Assembly: GCA_003212005.1 (NCBI GenBank)
Contig: QCRE01000002.1
Span: 8,790-72,789 of the forward strand
From: Prochlorococcus sp. AG-459-M13
GTDB taxonomy: Bacteria; Cyanobacteriota; Cyanobacteriia; PCC-6307; Cyanobiaceae
Direction of reading: 5' to 3'
Length of the DNA stretch: 64,000 nt
The translations under genes were made by a program, and so were the position numbers. Shown one piece after another: positions 55,674-64,000 of this stretch (position 1 is the stretch's first letter; the number at the start of each line of letters is the position of its first letter). Under the pieces are notes generated by a model. That model worked only from the letters and a program-made list of their open reading frames with translations. It made no database searches and was not told the DNA's origin.

Positions 55674-58600
55674 ATGCGAGAAAGTATCAAAAGAAGCATT
55701 GAACCATATCAAGATAGTTATTCTCCAAATGGAATAATTGGAGAGAAAGATGCATGCGGAGTAGGCTTCATAGCAAATATTGAAGGTAAAGAAAGTAATT
55801 GGATATTAAAACAATCTCTTAAAGGACTTAATTGTATGGAACATAGAGGAGGATGCGGAGGAGATAGTGACTCAGGAGATGGAGCTGGTATTTTATGTTC
55901 AATTCCTTGGACATTTTTAGATAAAGAATTGAATTTAGTTACTGAACCTTATGAGGAAAGGGGTTTGGGCATGATTTTTATGCCAAATAATGAATTAAAA
56001 GTCAAAGAATCAAAATTAATATGTGATGATGAGGCTAAAAAACTAAATTTCAAAAAAACATTTTGGAGAAACGTACCTGTTAAAAATGAAACATTAGGAC
56101 CTTTAGCAAAAGCAAACGCACCATCCATAAGTCAATGGATCATTTTTTTGGAAAAAGATGATAGTCAAGATATTGAGATGCGCTTATTTCAACTAAGAAA
56201 AAGAATAGAAAAAAGAATAAGAGAAAATACAAAAAATGCTGTTGGCGATTGTGAATTTTATTTCGCTTCGCTTAGTTCCAAAACGGTTGTTTATAAAGGA
56301 ATGGTTAGATCTGAAGTTTTATCAGAATTTTATGAAGACTTAAAGAAAGAGGATTTTAAAGTTTCATTTTCTGTGTACCATCGAAGATTTAGCACAAACA
56401 CCTTGCCAAAATGGCCTCTTGCTCAGCCAATGAGGTTTTTAGGCCATAATGGAGAAATCAATACACTCTTAGGAAATATTAATTGGGCGAAAGCATCAGA
56501 AACACATATCGATGACTACTGGGGTGAATTATCTAGAGATATCAAACCAATTGTTGATGTAAATAAAAGTGATTCATCAAATCTAGATGCAACTCTAGAA
56601 ATTAATATTCGTTCGGGCAAACCAATAACTGATTCTTTGTTAGGACTTGTTCCAGAAGCATTTAGAGATCAACCAGAACTTGAGCATAGAGATGATATAA
56701 AAGCATTTTATGAATATTCAGCTAGTTTCCAAGAAGCATGGGACGGTCCTGCTCTATTAGTATTCGCAGATGGCGATTTTGTTGGGGCAACTTTAGATAG
56801 AAATGGGTTAAGACCTGCACGATATTCAATAACAAATGATGGGTTTGTGATAATGGGTTCAGAAACAGGAGTAGTAGATATTGAAGAAAAAAGAATTACA
56901 GAAAAAGGTCGCTTAGGTCCTGGTCAAATGCTAGCAGTAGATTTTCTTAAGAATAAGATTTTGAGGAATTGGGATGTTAAATCACAAGCTGCTAAAAGAG
57001 AAAACTATCGAGACCTGTTGAAAAAAAGAATTGTAAAACTCCAAAACAATGACTGGAATAATAATTGCTTTTTAAAAGATCTTGAATTGCTTCAACAGCA
57101 AACTGCTTACGGTTTTTCTTCAGAAGATAATGATCTAATTCTTGATTCAATGGCTTCTCTTTCTAAAGAACCTACATATTGCATGGGCGACGACATACCA
57201 TTAGCGGTGCTTTCTTCAAAGCCTCATATTTTATACGATTACTTCAAACAAAGATTTGCACAAGTTACTAACCCTCCAATAGATCCTTTAAGAGAAAAAT
57301 TAGTAATGAGCTTAGAAATGCATCTTGGGGAAAGATGCTCCCCCTTTGAAACAAAAAATATAAAACCTTTTATTCATCTTAAAAGCCCAATCATAAATGA
57401 ACAAGAATTAATTTCACTCAAAGAATCAGAACTTAAATCTAAAACAATTTCAAGTTTATTTGATATTAAGGAGGGTATTAAAGGTTTTGAAAATAAATTA
57501 GAAGAAATATGTAAATTAAGCGAGATCTCAATAAATGAAGGCAGTTCTCTAATAATAATTTCTGACAAAGGAGTGAATTCAAAAAGAAGTTTTATTCCTC
57601 CTTTATTAGCTGTAGGTGCAATTCATCATTATCTGCTTAAAAAAGAAATAAGATTAAAAGCCTCGCTTATAATTGAAACTGGACAATGTTGGAGTACGCA
57701 TCATCTAGCTTGTTTAATTGGTTATGGAGTTAGTGCTGTTTGCCCATGGTTAACACTTGAATCTGGTAGACATTGGTTACAACATCCAAAAACCCAAAAA
57801 CTTATAGCTAATAAAAAAATCAATCCAATATCTGTTGAAGAAGCACAGAAAAATATCAAAAAAGCTTTGGAAGATGGGCTAAGAAAAATACTTTCTAAAA
57901 TAGGAATTTCTCTTTTATCTAGCTATCATGGTGCTCAAATTTTTGAGGCTGTGGGGATTGGTTCTGATTTAATAAAAATAGCCTTCGATGGAACAACGAG
58001 TCGAATCGCAGGAATCACATTGAAAGAACTTGCAAATGAATCACTCGCAATACATACAAAAGCATATCCAGAAATCGATTTAAAAAAATTAGAGTTTCTA
58101 GGGTTTGTTCAATTTAGAAATAATGGAGAATATCATTCTAATAACCCTGAAATGTCTAAGGTTCTACATTCCGCTTTAAAGCAAGGCCCAGGATACAATC
58201 ATTTCGAAACTTATAAAACACTAATTCGTAATAGACCAATTACTTCTTTAAGAGATTTACTGACTATTAATTCGAAGAGGAAAAGTATTCCAATAAATCA
58301 GGTTGAAAGTATCGAATCAATATGTAAAAGGTTTTGTACAGGAGGTATGAGTTTAGGAGCATTATCAAGAGAAGCACATGAAGTATTAGCAGTTGCAATG
58401 AATAGAATTGGAGGTAAAAGTAATAGCGGCGAAGGAGGTGAAGATCCTGCTCGTTTTAACATATTAAATGATATTGATGAGAATACTCAGTCAGCCACAT
58501 TACCTTTTATAAAGGGTCTTAAAAATGGAGACACTGCCTGCTCAGCGATTAAACAAATAGCTTCTGGAAGATTTGGGGTTACTCCAGAATATCTGAGAAG

Positions 58601-60245
58601 TGGCAAGCAACTTGAAATCAAAATGGCTCAAGGAGCTAAACCAGGTGAAGGGGGACAATTGCCTGGTCCAAAAGTTGATTCATATATTGCAAAACTAAGA
58701 AACAGCAAACCTGGGGTTGCTTTAATATCTCCGCCCCCTCATCATGATATTTATTCAATTGAAGATTTAGCACAATTAATCCATGATTTACACCAAGTTC
58801 ATCCAAAAGCCAAAGTAAGTGTAAAGCTTGTATCTGAAATTGGTATTGGCACTATTGCTGCTGGTGTAAGCAAAGCAAATGCTGATGTCATTCAAATTTC
58901 CGGACATGATGGAGGTACTGGGGCTTCACCTCTCAGTTCTATTAAACATGCAGGTTTACCATGGGAATTAGGAGTTGCAGAGGTTCATAAATCTTTACTA
59001 GAAAATAATCTCAGAGATAGAGTCCTTTTAAGAACTGATGGAGGTCTAAAAACAGGATGGGATGTTATTATTGCAGCTCTATTAGGTGCTGAAGAATATG
59101 GTTTTGGTTCAGTAGCAATGATCGCAGAGGGCTGCATAATGGCCCGTGTTTGTCATACAAACAAATGTCCTGTGGGAGTTGCTACTCAAAAAGAGGAATT
59201 AAGAAAAAGATTTAAAGGTTTACCTGACAATGTAGTTAATTTTTTCTTATACATAGCTGAAGAGATAAGACAGATAATGAGTAGTATTGGTGTTTCCAAT
59301 ATGGAGGAATTAATTGGAAATCAGGAATTTTTAAATATCAGAAATATTAGTCTTCCAAAAACAGAAAATATTGATCTAAGTTCTTTGGTAAACAATAAAA
59401 ACGTTGTTAGAGATAGGTCATGGTTGAAACACTCTAAAGATGCTCATAATAATGGCTATGTCTTAGAAGATAAATTCTTGTCTGATGCTGAATTTATAAA
59501 ATCCATAAAAAATCATGGAAAAATAACTAAAGAAATTGAAATTAGTAATACAGATAGAAGTGTTTGTGCAAAAATATCAGGAGAAATTGCTGCACTTTAT
59601 GGAAATAATGGATTTAATGGTGAACTAAATCTCAAATTCAGTGGATATGCAGGACAAAGTTTTGGTGCTTTTTTATTAAAAGGAATGAATATCCAATTAA
59701 TTGGAGAGGCAAATGATTATGTTTGCAAAGGAATGAATGGAGGTGTACTTGCTATTATTCCTCCACAAGTAGATGAGAAATCTTCAGAACAAGTAATCTT
59801 GGGGAACACCTGTCTTTATGGCGCAACAGGTGGTAAGTTATTTGCCTTAGGTAAATCAGGAGAAAGATTTGCAGTTAGAAATAGTGGAGCTACCGCAGTC
59901 ACGGAAGGTTCCGGTGACCATTGTTGCGAATATATGACTGGTGGCAAAGTAATAATTTTAGGATCAACAGGTAGAAATATTGGAGCAGGAATGACAGGAG
60001 GAATAGCTTACATATTGGACGAGAATGATGATTTAGAAAATAAAGTAAATAATGAAATAGTAAGTATCTATAAAATAACTAACCTCAAACAAGAAGAGAT
60101 TTTATTAGGAATTCTTAGAGAGTATTATGAAAAAACAAGGAGTTTAAAAGCTTTTAAAATAATCAATGATTGGTCTCATTTTAAGGGAATTTTCAAAATA
60201 GTTGTTCCCCCTAGTGAAGAAGAAATGCTTGGTATTAGAAATTAA
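55674..60245 (+). CDS. glsF: ferredoxin-dependent glutamate synthase
   Basis: DACGVGF Ntn cysteine, HRRFSTNT, GAKPGEGGQL, C..ARVCH...C [3Fe-4S], GXGXG domain; no adjacent small subunit. Confidence 0.97.
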   Translation: MRESIKRSIEPYQDSYSPNGIIGEKDACGVGFIANIEGKESNWILKQSLKGLNCMEHRGGCGGDSDSGDGAGILCSIPWTFLDKELNLVTEPYEERGLGMIFMPNNELKVKESKLICDDEAKKLNFKKTFWRNVPVKNETLGPLAKANAPSISQWIIFLEKDDSQDIEMRLFQLRKRIEKRIRENTKNAVGDCEFYFASLSSKTVVYKGMVRSEVLSEFYEDLKKEDFKVSFSVYHRRFSTNTLPKWPLAQPMRFLGHNGEINTLLGNINWAKASETHIDDYWGELSRDIKPIVDVNKSDSSNLDATLEINIRSGKPITDSLLGLVPEAFRDQPELEHRDDIKAFYEYSASFQEAWDGPALLVFADGDFVGATLDRNGLRPARYSITNDGFVIMGSETGVVDIEEKRITEKGRLGPGQMLAVDFLKNKILRNWDVKSQAAKRENYRDLLKKRIVKLQNNDWNNNCFLKDLELLQQQTAYGFSSEDNDLILDSMASLSKEPTYCMGDDIPLAVLSSKPHILYDYFKQRFAQVTNPPIDPLREKLVMSLEMHLGERCSPFETKNIKPFIHLKSPIINEQELISLKESELKSKTISSLFDIKEGIKGFENKLEEICKLSEISINEGSSLIIISDKGVNSKRSFIPPLLAVGAIHHYLLKKEIRLKASLIIETGQCWSTHHLACLIGYGVSAVCPWLTLESGRHWLQHPKTQKLIANKKINPISVEEAQKNIKKALEDGLRKILSKIGISLLSSYHGAQIFEAVGIGSDLIKIAFDGTTSRIAGITLKELANESLAIHTKAYPEIDLKKLEFLGFVQFRNNGEYHSNNPEMSKVLHSALKQGPGYNHFETYKTLIRNRPITSLRDLLTINSKRKSIPINQVESIESICKRFCTGGMSLGALSREAHEVLAVAMNRIGGKSNSGEGGEDPARFNILNDIDENTQSATLPFIKGLKNGDTACSAIKQIASGRFGVTPEYLRSGKQLEIKMAQGAKPGEGGQLPGPKVDSYIAKLRNSKPGVALISPPPHHDIYSIEDLAQLIHDLHQVHPKAKVSVKLVSEIGIGTIAAGVSKANADVIQISGHDGGTGASPLSSIKHAGLPWELGVAEVHKSLLENNLRDRVLLRTDGGLKTGWDVIIAALLGAEEYGFGSVAMIAEGCIMARVCHTNKCPVGVATQKEELRKRFKGLPDNVVNFFLYIAEEIRQIMSSIGVSNMEELIGNQEFLNIRNISLPKTENIDLSSLVNNKNVVRDRSWLKHSKDAHNNGYVLEDKFLSDAEFIKSIKNHGKITKEIEISNTDRSVCAKISGEIAALYGNNGFNGELNLKFSGYAGQSFGAFLLKGMNIQLIGEANDYVCKGMNGGVLAIIPPQVDEKSSEQVILGNTCLYGATGGKLFALGKSGERFAVRNSGATAVTEGSGDHCCEYMTGGKVIILGSTGRNIGAGMTGGIAYILDENDDLENKVNNEIVSIYKITNLKQEEILLGILREYYEKTRSLKAFKIINDWSHFKGIFKIVVPPSEEEMLGIRN

Positions 60246-60248
60246 TGA

Positions 60249-60542
60249 ATGCCCATTTTTATTAAGACTGAAATCATAAAAAAAGAATATCTAATTCAAA
60301 AAGATATTAGAAAGAAAGTAATCAATGAACATATCCAATGGATAGAAAATTTAAAGAGAAAAGGAATTAATATTAAAAGCGGATTTTTAGTGAATGAATT
60401 AAAAAAACCAGGTGATGGGGGATTACTAATTCTTGATATTGAAACGTATCAAGATGCCCTGGAAATTATAAAAAAAGATCCTATGATAAAAAATAATATA
60501 GTTGAATGGAAATTAAATGAATGGATTGATATTACTCAATAA
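60249..60542 (+). CDS. YciI family protein
   Basis: H..W, SG.L, GGLLI, DPMI. Confidence 0.85.
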   Translation: MPIFIKTEIIKKEYLIQKDIRKKVINEHIQWIENLKRKGINIKSGFLVNELKKPGDGGLLILDIETYQDALEIIKKDPMIKNNIVEWKLNEWIDITQ

Positions 60543-60551
60543 GTTATTAAA

Positions 60552-61445
60552 TTATCTTGGATACTTTTTCATAAGTTTTTGAATCTCTTCCGCATGATAA
60601 CTACTTCGAGTCAAAGGAGAACTGACAATTTGCATAAAACCTAATTCGTTTTCTCCAAATAATTTAAAATAATTAAATTTTGAAGGACTAACAAATCTTT
60701 GTACCGGAAGATGTTTTGGACCTGGAGATAAATATTGTCCAATAGTCACTATATCTACATCATTTTTTCTTAGATCCATAAGAAGATCTAAAACTTCATC
60801 ATCCTTTTCTCCTAATCCCAACATAAAACCGGATTTAGTATAAACACTTGGAAAATATTCTCTTGTTCTTCTAAGTAATTCTAGAGTTCTTTGATAGTTT
60901 CCTTGTGGTCTTACTTTCCGATACAAAGCTGAAACAGTTTCAATATTATGATTTAAAACATTTGGTTTAGAATCTAAAACCTTTTCAAGTGCCGACCAAT
61001 TACCACATAAATCAGGAATTAATAGTTCAATAGTTGTTTCAGGGGATTTTGTTCTCACTTCCGAAACACATTTGTAAAACTGCGAAGCTCCACCATCATC
61101 CAGATCATCTCTGTTAACTGATGTGATCACAACATGCTTAAGTTTCATCCTATAAACAGCCTCTGCCAAACGATCAGATTCTGTTGGGTCTAAGTCTCTT
61201 TTGGATCTATCGAAATCGATATCGCAATATGGACATGCTCTAGTACAGCCAGGTCCCATTATTAAAAAAGTTGCAGTACCACTAGCAAAACATTCACCAA
61301 TATTTGGACAACTTGCTTCTTGACATACCGTATTTAATTTTAGATCACTCAATAAATTTGCAGTATTACCTATTCTCTCTACTTGAGGTGCTTTTACCCT
61401 TAACCAGTCAGGCTTTAAAACTGCTTTATTCGAAATATTAGTCAA
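60552..61445 (-). CDS. lipA: lipoyl synthase
   Basis: [12 protein letters not shown] (CX4CX5C), CTRACPYC (CX3CX2C), RSSY. Confidence 0.98.
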   Translation of the reverse strand: MTNISNKAVLKPDWLRVKAPQVERIGNTANLLSDLKLNTVCQEASCPNIGECFASGTATFLIMGPGCTRACPYCDIDFDRSKRDLDPTESDRLAEAVYRMKLKHVVITSVNRDDLDDGGASQFYKCVSEVRTKSPETTIELLIPDLCGNWSALEKVLDSKPNVLNHNIETVSALYRKVRPQGNYQRTLELLRRTREYFPSVYTKSGFMLGLGEKDDEVLDLLMDLRKNDVDIVTIGQYLSPGPKHLPVQRFVSPSKFNYFKLFGENELGFMQIVSSPLTRSSYHAEEIQKLMKKYPR

Positions 61446-61522
61446 ATTAATTTATTAAACTCAATTAACCTCAATTTTAATCAAAATATGCAAGCTTTAC
61501 TATTTTTATTCATTTTAAACAA

Positions 61523-61805
61523 AGAAATTAAATTTCTAATTAATTTGAAAAAGATTAATATATTAATCTTGAAAAAAATTGTTAATCACTATCAGACAAT
61601 TTGCTATAAATATCAATCGAATAAAAGCCATATGTTCTACTAACATATAATAGAACATTATATAGAACGTTCTTTTTAATACAGTTTTAAAACATCTTAT
61701 AATTAATTTTTTTAAATCCTATTTACTTGTTATATGTATTAAAACGTTCTATAAAGTGTTTTTTCTTTGAGTTTTTGATACAGTTAAAAATATATGTATT
61801 AAAAC
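61523..61805. repeat. array of palindromes and direct/inverted repeats upstream of the resolvase-like gene (res-site or operator-like)
   Basis: 20-bp palindrome 61551-61570; ATGTTCTA/TAGAACAT 61632-61658; TATATGTATTAAAAC at 61731 and 61791; TTTTT(A/G)ATACAGTT at 61673 and 61772. Confidence 0.75.
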
Positions 61806-61806
61806 A

Positions 61807-62430
61807 TTGACTTTTAAATTCAAAAGAAAACGTTTTCTTTTATCTGAAAAAAATAAAAAATCTAAATCTATTGGATACGCAAGAGCTACTGATAGCGAAT
61901 TTGATTACTTAGATGAACAAATAAAAAGCTTAAAAAATGAAGGGTGCAGCTTAATATTTTCTGAAATCATAAGTATAGATGAAGAAATAAAACCTGAACT
62001 TAAAAAAGCTCTAAATTATTTATCAAAAGGGGATGAATTTATAGTTACAAAACTAGATAGGGCATTTTCTAATAGGAATGAATGTATAAAAACAGTTACT
62101 AAACTGTTGAATAATGATGTTAAATTGAGAACCTTATCTGGTTTTTTGTCTTCAAAAAATTCCTCAGAGATATCTTCTTTAGTGTTTAATATTTTATACG
62201 AGTTAGATAATTTAGATAATGAGTCTTTACTAGAAAGAAAAAAAGAACTTGTATTGCAAAGAAGACTAAATGGAAATAATTTAGGCGGCAGACCAAAAAT
62301 TAGTCCTTTAAAAGAATCACTAGTTATAAGGTTGCGTAAAGAGGGTTGTTCATATAGATCAATCAGGACTCAAACTGGAATTGCTTTATCAACAATCAGA
62401 AGAATAATTTTGGATGGGGAAGCAAATTGA
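61807..62430 (+). CDS. small serine recombinase (resolvase/invertase)-like protein with C-terminal HTH; catalytic motifs degenerate
   Basis: IGYARAT, GD.FIVTKLDR, ER, GGRP and HTH SYRSI...TGIALSTIRR. Confidence 0.88.
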   Translation: MTFKFKRKRFLLSEKNKKSKSIGYARATDSEFDYLDEQIKSLKNEGCSLIFSEIISIDEEIKPELKKALNYLSKGDEFIVTKLDRAFSNRNECIKTVTKLLNNDVKLRTLSGFLSSKNSSEISSLVFNILYELDNLDNESLLERKKELVLQRRLNGNNLGGRPKISPLKESLVIRLRKEGCSYRSIRTQTGIALSTIRRIILDGEAN

Positions 62431-62431
62431 T

Positions 62432-62644
62432 ATGAATAAGAAAGAACTTGAAAACCTGATTAAAGAAAATCTTAAAGATACTGCATTACGTATTCATGAA
62501 TTAGATATTAAAGATAGAAACAGTTTAATAGCAGAATATAAGGAATGGATTGTGCATGAATTAGTTTTTGAGGAAGTAATGATGTTACCTTACGAAGCTT
62601 ATACAAATAAATTAGATAGAGATTTCTTAGATGATTTAATTTAA
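62432..62644 (+). CDS. small acidic hypothetical protein (ATG 1 nt after the resolvase stop; the ORF track extends it to 62414)
   Basis: 70-aa ORF MNKKELENLIKENL...EYKEWI...; fills the gap up to the convergent gene. Confidence 0.6.
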   Translation: MNKKELENLIKENLKDTALRIHELDIKDRNSLIAEYKEWIVHELVFEEVMMLPYEAYTNKLDRDFLDDLI

Positions 62645-62646
62645 TG

Positions 62647-63546
62647 TTAAACCAAATTATTATTGTATTTATATACAGCATTAGATATTTCAGGAAATAA
62701 ATTCTCATCTTTGACGTATTTTTCTCCATTACCAAAAACAACCAATAAAGTTTGTAGTGAATCATTATTTACCCACCAAGCTGCATCATGTCTCGCCTGC
62801 GACATCAGACCTGCCTTACTCCAGAAATTAATATTCTCTGGTAATCCACCCCCTAAAAAACCATCTACTTGATTAAGAGTATCCTTACGAAGAAAATTTT
62901 TATTTAAATTTCTTTTTAAAAAACTTCTTAAATTTAAATTATCTTTTTGATAATCGATTTTTATCATTATCTCCTCCAAAATCCGTGCAGTTGAATCGGT
63001 TGTCATCATATTTCTATTTTTGTTTTCAGTTCCATAAAATTCTTTTTCTCGGCCAAATGGTCCATCTTCCCATGTTTTTTGGCAACAATTTATTTCATTT
63101 AATTCATTCCAATTAAGCTCTTTTAACCAGTCATTAATTATTGACCTTTGATATTTCCATTTCTCCCAAGGTTCTCCTTCTATACATGGACCACTTGTAG
63201 TCCCAGTGATTACATCAATTAAAAAACTTGTAGCATCATTACTGGAGTAAAAAAGCATTTTATATACTGCATCGCTTATCTCTTGATTTAATAATATTTT
63301 TTTTGTTTTAATCCATGAGTATGCAGCTAGGCCATAAACTAGCTTGACGATACTTGCAGGATAAATTAGTTTCTTTTCATTAATTCCAAATCCACAGCCT
63401 TTATATATATAATTATTTTGACTTTTATAATTGATCCAAGTTATTGAGATATCATTCTTTAAATTTTCTCTATTTTTAGAACAAACTCTGTCTAAAATAT
63501 CGTTTAAGGCTAAACCCATTTCTTCCTGTAAATAATAAAAAGACAT
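62647..63546 (-). CDS. serine hydrolase of the class A beta-lactamase / PBP-A-like fold
   Basis: PASIVK (SxxK), SSNDAT (SxN), SKAG (KTG-like), RHDAA. Confidence 0.85.
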   Translation of the reverse strand: MSFYYLQEEMGLALNDILDRVCSKNRENLKNDISITWINYKSQNNYIYKGCGFGINEKKLIYPASIVKLVYGLAAYSWIKTKKILLNQEISDAVYKMLFYSSNDATSFLIDVITGTTSGPCIEGEPWEKWKYQRSIINDWLKELNWNELNEINCCQKTWEDGPFGREKEFYGTENKNRNMMTTDSTARILEEIMIKIDYQKDNLNLRSFLKRNLNKNFLRKDTLNQVDGFLGGGLPENINFWSKAGLMSQARHDAAWWVNNDSLQTLLVVFGNGEKYVKDENLFPEISNAVYKYNNNLV

Positions 63547-63549
63547 TGT

Positions 63550-64000
63550 ATGAAAGAATATATAGACCCTATCTCACTATTTAAGCAAACAAATTTTTCA
63601 AATACTATTTGGTGGAAAGTAAAAATTAATATTTCTGGATATCAAAATGAAAGTGGGAATAATTTAGTGACCGAAATATTAAAAAATAAAATTTTCAGAC
63701 TAGTTTATCCAAGTTTTTATCAAAGTAAAAAAAAATTGTCCAGGATATTAGTTCAATTTTATGAAGATGGTTTTATATGCTGGATTGATTTGCAAAATTT
63801 ATCTATTGAAAAATTAGACTCTAAAAATAGTTTTGTCGAAACTGATGCAGAAGCTATACAAGAAAAAATTCCATTGATAATTAATTGGATAGAAGGACAA
63901 TCTAAGGTAAAAAATAAATATCTTTGGGGTGGTACGTTAGGGCCAAATTTTGACTGTTCTGGCTTAATTCAAACTGCTTTTTTAAAACATAGTATATATA
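63550..64000 (+). CDS. NlpC/P60 (C40) peptidase, 5' part; runs off the window
   Basis: Read by hand from ATG 63550: ...EDGFICWI...YLWGGTLGPNFDCSGLIQTAF; not in the ORF track. Confidence 0.9.
   Translation, partial: MKEYIDPISLFKQTNFSNTIWWKVKINISGYQNESGNNLVTEILKNKIFRLVYPSFYQSKKKLSRILVQFYEDGFICWIDLQNLSIEKLDSKNSFVETDAEAIQEKIPLIINWIEGQSKVKNKYLWGGTLGPNFDCSGLIQTAFLKHSIY

Noticed and set aside
61488-61643. 51-codon ORF MQALLFLFILNKEIKF... in the lipA-resolvase spacer
   Set aside because: I/K/N/L-rich composition typical of AT-rich non-coding DNA, no RBS, and it runs through the palindromes; would need conservation or Ribo-seq support
61446-62644. Resolvase locus as an intact transposon or integrative element
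   Set aside because: No transposase, large serine integrase, terminal repeats, target duplication, adjacent tRNA or cargo genes visible
62647-63546. Antibiotic-resistance beta-lactamase
   Set aside because: The fold motifs are present, but there is no signal peptide and no recognisable ExxLN omega-loop motif; more like a PBP-type hydrolase

Overview
AT-rich, very compact chromosomal segment of a marine picocyanobacterium, most consistent with a high-light Prochlorococcus (split rpoC1/rpoC2, an hli gene, ferredoxin-GOGAT, a bioF-bioK-bioC-bioD-bioA cluster, tiny intergenic spacers). It is almost entirely core genome: ccs1 end, queF, glnB, tlyA, purB, fumC, a Ski2-like helicase, biotin genes, rsmG, ferredoxin/ycf35/DUF2997, rlmN, rpoB-C1-C2, rpsT, hisD, rimP-nusA-ylxR-infB, tRNA-Thr(CGT), two glycosyltransferases, clpS, dapL, rne-rnhB, pheA, the str operon, glsF, lipA, a resolvase-like gene and two cell-wall peptidase genes. 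I added four CDSs missing from the ORF track (ccs1 3' end, a 41-aa membrane peptide, an hli gene, an NlpC/P60 5' end) and the tRNA. I saw no CRISPR array, rRNA, prophage or transposase. I cannot claim a clearly new multi-gene system. The best candidate is a resolvase-like protein with substituted catalytic residues but an intact HTH, preceded by a dense array of direct and inverted repeats and followed by a small coupled ORF (about 61.5-62.6 kb). All family assignments come from motif recognition, not database searches.
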